NCBI RefSeq assembly: GCF_039654945.1
Contig: NW_027361725.1
Coordinates: forward strand, 8,742,001-8,806,000
DNA: 64,000 bases
Reading direction: 5' to 3'
Origin: Dendrobates tinctorius
Taxonomy: Eukaryota
Positions 1 through 10,900 of this stretch are shown one piece after another. Within the stretch, counting starts at the first letter, position 1. Every line of letters begins with the position of its first letter. The translations under genes were made by a program, and so were the position numbers. The notes under the pieces are model-generated. The model was not told the origin of the DNA. It was given only the letters and a program-made list of their open reading frames with translations, and did no database searches.

Positions 1-864
1 GTTTTCGTGCTACTCTTGCACAAGTCTTTTGCTTTCCTTGCTCTGTCCTGAACCTTGTCTCTGTCGTGTTCTGAGTTCTATGACCTGTCCTGTATCCTTG
101 TCTTGCTAGTACCCTGCTCTGTGCTTTGCTCTTTGCCTTGAACCCTGACCTTGGCGTGCCCCTTTGCACGCGCAGGACATCAGTCCTGACCTTCAAAGCC
201 CAACGTGTTCTCTAGCACGTGTGGGACCCACTGCTAACCTTGTACCCTGGCGTGCCTCCTAGCACGGCCAGGACCATTCTTTGTACCGTGCCCCTGGCGT
301 GCCTATAGCACACCCAGGACCTTGAATCTTGAATCCTGGCGGCTCCTGTAGCGCGCCCAGGTCCTTGATCCCTGGCGTGTCCCCTATACACGCACCTTGC
401 CTAGTGTGTTGAACCCTGCCTTGCACCTTGCCATGGACCCTGCCGTGTCCCTAGCATGCACTCTGCCTCGAACTTTGCCTTGAACCCTGGATTGCCTGCC
501 GGATGCCCGGATCCTGCCGATCGCCATCAGAGGTCCGGAATCTGATGACCCTGTTGATCATTGCCTGCTGTCCGGAGTCCGAAGTCATCGTGCCTTTGCC
601 TGTACCCAGGCATGCCATCTAGCACGTACCATGCCATGGACCTTGGCGTGCCCTTGCACGGACCTTGCTGTGTTTTCCCTGTGTTATCACGTCTTGCACC
701 AGATGTTACCCTGAAGTTGTCCTTAATGAAGATACCTTGAACTTACGTCTTGTCTTGTTTCCTGCACGTCCCTGGTCGTCAGACACTCACATTGTGTCTT
801 CCTTGAGCCGGCCGTCTGGTCCCAGCAGTCGTGGTGGCTCACCCCCTTGGTCTTGCCCCTGACA
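1..864. mobile_element. Probable LTR-like repeat (right end) with degenerate internal tandem repeats
   Basis: Repeated ccctggcgtgcc..gcac..caggacc units, pyrimidine-rich, ends ...cccctgACA; the left end is outside the window so no TSD can be checked. Confidence 0.4.
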
Positions 865-1455
865 CTCCCTGTATATGGGGTGGTTCCTCACAAGGTCAGC
901 TCGCCCTCAGTGGGTGGGTGCCACGACCCAGAGGGGCCACTCTAAAGAAAAGTCGACTCAGCTGACTGCTCCCAGCTTTTCATTTGTTTATATCTTGGTA
1001 CCTAGGAAACCGACCACAATTGCGGTCTGGCAGTGGTGGCTGAACAACCAGTGTTATATTGACCTATTAAGCCCAGATTTGAAGCTGGCCAGAATCGCTA
1101 AAGAGCACGGAGACCTCCCAATCCTGTCCAGCTTCAGCGCAGTGCTTACAAACAAACAACAGCGGTGGTCAGTCTCCTAGGCAATGAGCTGTAAATTTCA
1201 GTGTTAATATCTCAACGGCTACAAATTTTAACAAGCAGTAAATGGGAAAAGTGCACGTTTTCACAAGCAAAATCCAACAACGTCCATTAGTCAAGATCAG
1301 AAGAACCTTTTAAATAAATGTGTACTCATTTTTTTCCCCTTTTTAAACGGCTTACAAAAAATTAGAGCCATGAGGGCACGTATAATACAATGTAACATAT
1401 ATAATCGGTTACCCGTGTAAGGCGACCTGAAAGATGTATGGATTCCGCTACTCAC

Positions 1456-1574
1456 TGGCGTTTGTACACCCAGCAGGAAAGTTTGTCCCGAGCGGTTGGT
1501 GGTTGACCCTTAAAATGTTTCACTTGCTTCCAGGTGAACTCCCCCGTGCCAGGTCGCAGATCCACATAATACAG
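1456..1574 (-). CDS. KLHDC1: KLHDC1 coding exon 4
   Basis: LYYVDLRPGTGEFTWKQVKHFKGQPPTARDKLSCWVYKR, AG/GTGAG flanks, 119 bp. Confidence 0.93.
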
Positions 1575-4551
1575 CTGTAGAAATACACGCAAATACAAAA
1601 TGTAATGGTAGGAAACCATAGCGGAACCACACACGGTCTTTATTCCAACACTAAGAATAAAGGCCGCATCCATAACAGGCTGGTCAACCCCTTTAACATT
1701 CTGTCACAGAAAAGTTCATACAAATTCTTTATACCCGATTGCTGTAGGCCTCGTCATCATATCCACCGAAAATATACAGCCGTCCATTCAAACAAGCCCC
1801 ACAACTGCCGGACATGGGGGGGGGCAGGTCGCCGTGTGTTAGGTGCATTTGCCTACAATTAGTGTCAAGAACCTATAATTACTAAGAAGGTAAAACAAAA
1901 CAGTAGTGATTGATGTATTACATGACTGGACGCAGTCATGGATGTATGGGGTAATACAGGACGGCTTACCATAAACCGCTCTCCGTGTCATACACCCAGA
2001 TCTCATCATGGGGAAGGAAAACCTCATTATCCTCAATGGTCTGAAAAAGAAAAAAAAAAAATAATAATTCTATATGCTCTAAGGAAAATCAGTCTGGAGG
2101 AGGACGAGGAAGAGCTGTAGACGAAATCTCTGCAGGAATAACTGTCCTGTGTGCAGGAGGGCCAGGGTATCACAACAGCATGTTACATCCAGAATACGGA
2201 GGAACCCCAACTCTGCCTAAAATATAGATTATCGTTTAGGTGTGAATTTGGCACGGCTGGTGGAGTCCATGGTTACCCGCTGTGTCTTCACCACTTCCTT
2301 TAGATCGCTGATGGTGTCGGCTCGTGTCTCTTGAACCTCGTTTTTCATTAAATTCCTAGCATTTTCCATTGGGTTATGATGGGGGGGGGGGGGGGGGAAA
2401 TTACCAAGCCACTCTAAAATGTTACTGTTCGAGTCACTGAGAACCGCTGTCACGGCCTCGGCTTTGTGGGCAGGGCCGCCATCATGTGTAAGCAATCGCA
2501 CTGATGGATAACCCAAAATTAAGCAAATGTTGTTCCAAAACATTAATAGAACTGTTTGCTTTCATACTTATATTCTTGGGAAACAAGTACAAACCTGCAC
2601 GGCCCATACGTGCACTGATTGCACCCCGCACATCACACCGTATATTTCGGGTCATACCGTGACACCACACTCAGTCGACGCACACTCGGCGAGCCTCCTC
2701 TGACCAGCCCTCATCACTTTCTTCCACTTCTCAGATGCCCGATCTCTATGTTTCTTGCAGAAGTTGCCTTTTCCTCTCCATTGCTGCTGTTAGCGGGGGC
2801 TTCTTTGTGGCATGGCGACTTGGTAGGCCCTTCTGCGGGCGGTGACGGCTTGTCCTAGTTGCCACGTTCTGGAGGAGAGCAGGGGACTTGTTTTTTTTTA
2901 GTTCAGTGGTGGTTATAGAAGGATCTGACATCGCTTCACAAGCCTATCAGTCCTTGGTGGGGTCTTCTTAGATGCACCAAAGCCCGATTTCATCTGCGGT
3001 ACCATCCCAGGTGGCAGCGCCGCCGTCAACCGCTTCAGCTGATAAATTGCCTCTCTCGATACACTCAGATCTGTAGCCACAGCAATCACCAAATCCCTTC
3101 TCCGACACCGGATTTCTCTTCCCTTTTAAGCTTCTTCTGACCCACTAGGGGAGATGACCAAAAAGTGTCAAATAGCAAAACTGGATTAATTTCCCATAGC
3201 AACCCGAGTGCAGCTTTCATTCTATCAAATCAGTGTGAGCAGTGAGAGCTGAGCTTTGATTGCTTGCTATGGGGAATTAAGCCAGTTTTCCTATTAGACA
3301 GTTTTTGATCATCTCCCCCATTGTTTGCACTTTTAAGAAGTGAAATTGTAAAGTTTTTTGGGGGTGTGTGCATGAAGGAGTTGACATTTGGTCATTATCG
3401 TTCCCTTTGTCAATCACTGAAGGGGTTTTCCAAGCTTACCAGATCGATGATCAATATTAGCTTGGTGGGGATCCAACACATGGCACCCCCCCCCCCCAAT
3501 CAGACATTTGCAGCTCTGGCCAGATGTAAACCGGGAACTGCGGTGAGCGGCACATCTCTGCCGTAGTGAGGGGCTCAGCTGCAGTACCTGTGAACGGCCA
3601 CTTCGCATTATACGGCGCTATGCTGTACGGCTCGTCCACATCCCTCGAGAGCTCTAATCAGCAGATCGATAAGTGAGGCTGTCGGACCCCACAGATCTGA
3701 TATTGACGACCTATCATGAGGACACGCCATCAATATCCTGTAAAACAGCTTCACGTCTACATACATTACCAAGAGGAATAACAGGACTCTGCTTTGCAGT
3801 TCATCAAAGTAAAACGACCTTGAAATACTATTTTATGGGGAGTATTCGGATTGGCAAAATAGGACACACGGTTCATGAATGTGGCATAAGTCAAATATGC
3901 TCTTTTTTTTCTTAATATTTATTATTTATTGAAAACTCCTCCAGAAATCTTACTTCAGGCCGAAGACAGGCGACGGCCGTCACCTCACAATTCATGAATC
4001 TGTATATGCAAAAAAAACCATAAAGTGGCCCAAAACAGAGAATAAACTGCAAAAACTACAGCCGCTAAAAACAGAAGAGAGGAGGAACGCCAATGAGAAA
4101 TCCTGGGGCCGGAGGTTTAGTTTTTTTTACATTTTTCTGGAGCAGATTTCTCAGCAAGAGTCATCTCAAAAACTGAGGTAAACTCGTGCAATTCATCCAC
4201 CTTGCTGTTTACTTGCGGTTTTTTCCTGTAGAAAGGCCGGGGGATTCTGCACTTATAAAGGCAATTGCATTTTCCTCAGAGAACCTACAGATGAAGCCCA
4301 GCGCAGACCCGCAGCTGCAGTCACACCCACGGTGCTCAGGGTGACAGGCGGACTTTCTAGGCAGCGGTCACACACGCGTTTCCACTGTGATGTACGCGGC
4401 AGATTTTGGAAGCCATAAGTGCGAAACCTCCGCGCACTGCCCGGCCTCCGCTTACCACGTATCCGCCCCACACGTACAGGCAGTGCCGGTCCATGGCAGC
4501 GCAGTGCCCGCTCCTCTCCTCGGCCACGCAGAAGCGCTGTGCAGCGGCCAT
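1456..4551 (-). CDS. KLHDC1: Kelch domain-containing protein 1, 5' part (coding exons 1-4; gene continues left of the window)
   Basis: join(complement 4456-4551, 1970-2040, 1735-1852, 1456-1574), all GT-AG with consistent phases; translates MAAAQRFCVAEERSGHCAAMDRHCLYVWGGYVTIEDNEVFLPHDEIWVYDTESGLWQMHLTHGDLPPPMSGSCGACLNGRLYIFGGYDDEAYSNRLYYVDL...PPTARDKLSCWVYKR, matching recalled vertebrate KLHDC1; head-to-head with POLE2 as in human. Confidence 0.95.
1735..1852 (-). CDS. KLHDC1: KLHDC1 coding exon 3
   Basis: QMHLTHGDLPPPMSGSCGACLNGRLYIFGGYDDEAYSNR, kelch GG motif, AG/GT flanks, 118 bp. Confidence 0.93.
1970..2040 (-). CDS. KLHDC1: KLHDC1 coding exon 2
   Basis: tttcAG-TIEDNEVFLPHDEIWVYDTESGLW-GTAAG, 71 bp. 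Confidence 0.93.
2229..3100 (-). mobile_element. Degenerate Tc1/mariner transposase remnant in KLHDC1 intron 1
   Basis: Fragments MSDPSITTTELKK, GRAGLYLFPKN, HDGGPAHKAEAV, LEWLGNFP..NPMENARNLMK in shifting frames. Confidence 0.75.
3146..3320. mobile_element. Palindromic MITE
   Basis: Arms GGGGAGATGACCAAAAAGTGTC..TTCCCATAGCAAC and GCTATGGGGAATTAA..TTTTTGATCATCTCCCCC. Confidence 0.65.
4456..4551 (-). CDS. KLHDC1: KLHDC1 coding exon 1
   Basis: ATG at 4551, MAAAQRFCVAEERSGHCAAMDRHCLYVWGGYV, donor GTAAG. Confidence 0.93.
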
Positions 4552-4905
4552 AGCCCGGTCTCAGGGGATGCATGCACTTGTGTGTCCTGAACTGTCACCC
4601 TACGACTGCACGGGTGGCGGTGAGGGACAAACCTCCACTCGGCGTTTACGATAAACGATCTTTAGGGACAGAGCACTGGACCCTAATAAGCTTCTAATTG
4701 GTGTTCAGGAGGTTTCAGGAAAGACGTACAGAAAACGCGGCAGCTGAACAGTGCAAGAATAGCGTTTCAGTCCAGCGAAGTTTGGTCTCCAACAAGATGG
4801 CGGCATCCCACGGACATTGTTGCAGAGCGCAACTTGTGCTCTGGTGTCAGTCTCTTGTGACGTCATCACAGCTGTGTCTACGCGATTTGGCGCGAACGAT
4901 TCGAG
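4552..4905. promoter_or_regulatory. Bidirectional KLHDC1/POLE2 promoter and 5' UTR region
   Basis: Start codons 354 bp apart, CpG-rich; YY1-type CAAGATGGCGGC 4793-4804, CRE TGACGTCA 4858-4865, E2F-type TTTGGCGCGAA 4886-4896. Confidence 0.8.
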
Positions 4906-4973
4906 ATGGCAGCTGACAGACTGAAGAGTAAAGTGTCCTCTGCTTTTAAAATGCACGGTCTCCTCCTGCGGGC
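4906..4973 (+). CDS. POLE2: POLE2 exon 1
   Basis: [23 protein letters not shown], donor GTGAG. Confidence 0.92.
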
Positions 4974-7900
4974 GTGAGTAACTCCGACATGACGGGAGTA
5001 TAGGACGGGGATGAGCGGTCATGTGGGGCTGTGTGTACGATCAGGGGATGATTCCGTTTCAGCAGTTAAAGGGAAGGTGCTGTGATTATTGTTATGGTAT
5101 GATATAGTCAGTTATTAACACATAGGAGCCGCCAGCTGTGATCGGGGCACACTCCTGGCTGTACAGGTCACAGCAGTCGGGGAGACGGGCAACATTTTTC
5201 TTAAGTTCACAGCTGCCCCGTGAGCTACAATTGCCCATTAGCACTCTCCGCGCTAGCAGCGAGTATCAGGGCGGTGATCAGCAGCCTGGCATTGTACTGC
5301 TCTCAGGCTTTTGCACTCCTCTGAACGGTGACAGTATGGCGGGGGCTTCCTTAGCGGTGACAACAAGGGAGCAGCCTGGGATTAGTAGTATAACACCAAG
5401 CTGCCATCCTGTGCTCCCCACCGCTGTCACCGCAGTGTAATCATTGCCCTACTGTGCTGCAGTCACTGAGCTCTGCTATGTCAGTGTAACACCTTATCCA
5501 GATAATCCTGCGCTACTGACATAGCAGAGCAACGGAGAGGCGTGTCTAATCCCGTCCTGTGTGTCACAGCCCGCGGAGGGGCGTGTCTAATCCCGTCCTG
5601 TGTGACACAGCCCGCGGAGAGGCGTGTCTAATCCCGTCCTGTGTGACACAGCCCGCGAAGAGGCGTGTCTAATCCCGTCCTGTGTGACACAGCCCGCGGA
5701 GAGGCGTGTCTAATCCCGTCCTGTGTGACACAGCCCGCGGAGGGGCGTGTCTAATCCCGTCCTGTGTGACACAGCCCGCGGAGGGGCGTGTCTAATCCCG
5801 TCCTGTGTGACACAGCCCGCGGAGAGGCGTGTCTAATCCCGTCCTGTGTGACACAGCCCGCGGAGAGGCGTGTCTAATCCCGTCCTGTGTGACACAGCCC
5901 GCGGAGAGGCGTGTCTAATCCCGTCCTGTGTGACACAGCCCGCGGAGAGGCGTGTCTAATCCCGTCCTGTGTGACACAGCCCGCGGAGAGGCGTGTCTAA
6001 TCCCGTCCTGTGTGACACAGCCCGCGGAGAGGCGTGTCTAATCCCGTCCTGTGTGACACAGCCCGCGGAGGGGCGTGTCTAATCCCGTCCTGTGTGACAC
6101 AGCCCGCGGAGGGGCGTGTCTAATCCCGTCCTGTGTGACACAGCCCGCGGAGGGGCGTGTCTAATCCCGTCCTGTGTGACACAGCCCGCGGAGAGGCGTG
6201 TCTAATCCCGTCCTGTGTGACACAGCCCGCGGAGAGGCGTGTCTAATCCCGTCCTGTGTGACACAGCCCGCGGAGAGGCGTGTCTAATCCCGTCCTGTGT
6301 GACACAGCCCGCGGAGGGGCGTGTCTAATCCCGTCCTGTGTGACACAGCCCGCGGAGGGGCGTGTCTAATCCCGTCCTGTGTGACACAGCCCGCGGAGAG
6401 GCGTGTCTAATCCCGTCCTGTGTGACACAGCCCGCGGAGAGGCGTGTCTAATCCCGTCCTGTGTGACACAGCCCGCGGAGAGGCGTGTCTAATCCCGTCC
6501 TGTGTGACACAGCCCGCGGAGAGGCGTGTCTAATCCCGTCCTGTGTGACACAGCCCGCGGAGAGGCGTGTCTAATCCCGTCCTGTGTGACACAGCCCGCG
6601 GAGGGGCGTGTCTAATCCCGTCCTGTGTGACACAGCCCGCGGAGGGGCGTGTCTAATCCCGTCCTGTGTGACACAGCCCGCGGAGAGGCGTGTCTAATCC
6701 CGTCCTGTGTGACACAGCCCGCGGAGGGGCGTGTCTAATCCCGTCCTGTGTGACACAGCCCGCGGAGAGGCGTGTCTAATCCCGTCCTGTGTGACACAGC
6801 CCGCGGAGAGGCGTGTCTAATCCCGTCCTGTGTGACACAGCCCGCGGAGAGGCGTGTCTAATCCCGTCCTGTGTGACACAGCCCGCGGAGAGGCCTGTCT
6901 AGTCCCGTCCTGTGTGACACAGCCCGCGGAGAGGCCTGTCTAGTCCCGTCCTGTGTGACACAGCCCGCGGAGAGGCCTGTCTAGTCCCGTCCTGTGTGAC
7001 ACAGCCCGCGGAGAGGCCTGTCTAGTCCCGTCCTGTGTGACACAGCCCGCGGAGAGGCCTGTCTAGTCCCGTCCTGTGTGACACAGCCCGCGGAGAGGCC
7101 TGTCTAGTCCCGTCCTGTGTGACACAGCCCGCGGAGAGGCGTGTCTAGTCCCGTCCTGTGTGACACAGCCCGCGGAGAGGCGTGTCTAGTCCCGTCCTGT
7201 GTGACACAGCCCGCGGAGAGGCGTGTCTAGTCCCGTCCTGTGTGACACAGCCCGCGGAGAGGCGTGTCTAGTCCCGTCCTGTGTGACACAGCCCGCGGAG
7301 AGGCGTGTCTAGTCCCGTCCTGTGTGACACAGCCCGCGGAGAGGCGTGTCTAGTCCCGTCCTGTGTGACACAGCCCGCGGAGAGGCGTGTCTAGTCCCGT
7401 CCTGTGTGACACAGCCCGCGGAGAGGCGTGTCTAGTCCCGTCCTGTGTGACACAGCCCGCGGAGAGGCGTGTCTAGTCCCGTCCTGTGTGACACAGCCCG
7501 CGGAGAGGCGTGTCTAGTCCCGTCCTGTGTGACACAGCCCTAACAGTATTGGCTCGTCCTTCCTCAGTGACAGTGTCTACATCTCAGTATCACGTTGCAG
7601 GCACCAATGATGTATCCTCCCGGATGAGACGCCTAGAAGGGGAGGAGACATCACACACGTGAGCATACCCTGCCCACTTTTACTGCAATCGTTATGTGAC
7701 TTAACGCTACACTGGTTTTTCATGGCTCCCCCTTGTGTTTAGAGTACACCTTACCCCTGTTTTGGCTGCTATAAGCTGTGGCCACTGCCTTTCAGGGCTT
7801 ATCTACAGCATTCTGTAATGCTGTAGATAAGCTCCTGGTCCGACCTGCAAGATAAGAAAAATAAGTTTTATTATACTCACCCGGGGGGGCAGTCCGGCAC

Positions 7901-10900
7901 CTCCCATCTTCTTGTGACGCAGTCCTCCTGCTTGCTTCATCACTCCCGGAATCGCGCTCATGCGCAGTTGTACTTCTCTGCCCTATGAGGGCATAGCAAA
8001 GTACTATAGTGCGCAGGCGTCAGGAAAGGTCAGAGAGGCCCAGTGCCTGCACACTGCAGTACTTTACAACTGCGCAGGAGCGCGATGTCTGGAGCGATGA
8101 AGCAACAGGAGGACGGCGTGAAGATGGGAGGCGCCGGACCCGGACCTGTGATGCCCATTGGATCGGAGCACCCCCCCCCGGGTGAGTATAATAGAAACTT
8201 ATTTTTCTTATCTTGCAGGTTAGACCGGGGGCTTATCTACAGCATTATAGAATGCTGTAGATAAGCCCTGAAAGGCAGTGGCCGCAGGTGATAGGTTCGC
8301 TTTAAGGCTGTGTGCCCACATAAGCATTATTTAAGCGTTTTTACTGGCAAAAACGCTTAAAAATCGCTTAAAAGAAGCATCCCATTCATTTTAATGTATT
8401 TTGCACTTTTTGTGCATATTGATGCTTTTTGTCTGCGAAAAAAACGCTTTGCGGTAAAAAACGCAGCATGCTCTTTAATTTTGCGGAAAAGTCTGCGTTT
8501 TTACCTATTTTCTAAGTCTGGGGACGCGCGGAAAAAGCGCATAAAAACATGCGGTTTTGCGCAAAAACGCGCAGAAAAAAAAGCGCGTTTTCTGGGAATG
8601 AGTCCGGTTTTCATGCAGAAATTTTCTGCATACGTGTGCACATAGCCTCAAAGTGGAAAAAATATAAACTTTTAAAATGACTTCATATTTTATACCATTA
8701 AAAAAAGTTTTAAAATAAAATATTAATACTTTACACTTTTTTCAATTGTTTAAAAACAAAAATTTGGCACATTCCCTTTTAGTAGTACATGACGACAATC
8801 ATCTCCTCCTTGCAGAATAATCTGGGGGGTGATGAGCAGCGGCTTCCTCACGTGGGGGATGGAGGGGTTCTCGGTGATTAGATTTAAGAAGAAAAATTCT
8901 GAATGTGTGTATTTCAGGGAGGCTAGCCGGTATCTGAGCGACGCGCTGAGGTCTGTCAATGAAGTGGAGCTCGAGTATGTCATCGACAGTATCATTGATG
9001 CCGTGGAGAAGCAGCCATGTAAGTGTGTTTGTTTGTTGTTGCTTTTTACTTACCTTTCTTCAGACCTCATGTCCACTGTCCTAGTGCAGTGATGTGATAG
9101 CCGGTGGCTCATATTGTACGTCTTATTTTACTTTATTTACTGTATTGTTAACGTTGTTACTTAAGATTTGTGTTTTGAAACTGTAAAGCGCTGCGGAATA
9201 TGTTGGCGCTATATAAATAAACATTATTATTATTATTCTGTTGACCCCTGATTTTATACGCTTTTTTTTCTTATGCAGGCACTAATGAATCTTGACTAAA
9301 ACAGTTACCAAGAAGCACAGTGTATGTAATAAGGCCAAGAGCATAATCACATCAAGCTCTCCCCCAGTTCTAAACAAAATTATAATAGTGGAAGACTCCA
9401 AATGTAATCTCCAGCAACAATGGAAAAGGAGTAATAGCAAGCCACACATAGTACATTTACATATAACATTTATTAGAAAAATTACCATGAAATAAAATTA
9501 GACATGGTATATACCAGAGGTCCCCGATGTCATTCCTCGAGGGCCAAACCAGTGCAGGTTTTCAGGATCTCCTTAGTATTGCACATTAGGTAATGATTCC
9601 AATCCCTGTGCAATAGTAAGGAAATCCTGAAAACCTGCACTGGTTCAGCCCTCGAGGACTGACATTGGGGACCTCTGGTATATACAAACATGATACATGG
9701 AAATAGAGGAGACACAAAGGTAAGCAGGGGATGGATTCAGTGTCAACATTGTAACCTGGGAAAGCTGGGTTAATAAGTGTCATGTGTAAACATGAAGTGA
9801 AGCCCTTAAGGGCTGAAAAGACAAGATATATCTAGTCATCAGTATAATCATACATCATAAAATGTGTCCAGCTTCTTAACCATCATAGGTCCTGACCACA
9901 CCAGCCACCCTTGCGACCCCTGACGCGCGTTTCGTGTGGCTTCTCTTTTTCAAAGGGGAGTATCCTGTTTGTTTATACCATGTCCAATTTGATTTTATGG
10001 TAATTTTTCTAATAAATCTTATATGTAAATTTACTATGTGTGGCTTGCTATTACTCCTTTTCCGTTGTTGCTAGAGACTAAGTGAATCTTGGAGAAAAAA
10101 AATGATATCCTCTGCAGTGGCCCATACATATACAGGCCTCTAGAGACCATAGGTCATATTAAATGCTCTCAGTGCATCCCATGAATCTCTTAAATATTTT
10201 TGTGAAAACTATTCATCGTTAGAAATCTCTGCATCAATATTTTTAGCAAAGGGACTTTCAAGAGGAGATTGGGTTTACGAGTTTAAGAAAAAGAGTAATC
10301 CATTTGTAACATTTATCTGCAGGAAATCCGCAAGAATTTCTATTATTTTTTAATTTCATGTGTATTTTAGATATCCTTGCTGTAATAACGATGAACTGTT
10401 GCTTTTATTACCTAAAACAATATTTTAGTGTCTTCTAACATGATTGAGAAGTCCACAGTGGAGACCGCAGTACAGGAGTGCAGCCGCACTTGTGATGAAA
10501 CCATGTAAGTTTTATAAGGATTTCTGTTCTCCGCATTTCTGGGGACAGTGGACCGATCTTTTTCGGAAGCATAATGACTGGTCCTTGGCAATAGGTGCAG
10601 AAAAATAATCTCTGACTACAAGTTCTCCTGATGGTGACACAAATAATTATTCTTTTTGCTTTCACTTGACTTGTATATGTCTAGACTGGCAAATGTCCAG
10701 ACTATTATGTGGACTGGTATAGCCAATGGAGCCTCCCATCAGAGATGTGTTGGCCAATAGTTCGGATGTTTTCTTCTAGTGAACGGTGCAGACATGATGT
10801 GAAGAATCTGGAAACTAATATTTTATTCATCAGCTAATCCTCCCCATAAATATATACAGTGTGTGTATATCTAGATAGATAAACATGGGGGGGGGGGGGA

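Larger units (their letters stand above)
5070..8777. mobile_element. Probable T2/Kolobok-type (TTAA-AGGG) non-autonomous element filling most of POLE2 intron 1, with nested repeats
   Basis: TTAA|AGGGAAGGTGC at 5066-5080 and GGCACATTCCCT|TTTA at 8766-8781 form imperfect TIRs. Confidence 0.5.

Noticed and set aside
4357-4551. Assignment to KLHDC2
   Set aside because: The short N-terminus (FCVAEERSGH) and the head-to-head position with POLE2 match KLHDC1.
5533-7540. Possible CRISPR array
   Set aside because: Head-to-tail units with no unique spacers; eukaryotic intron.
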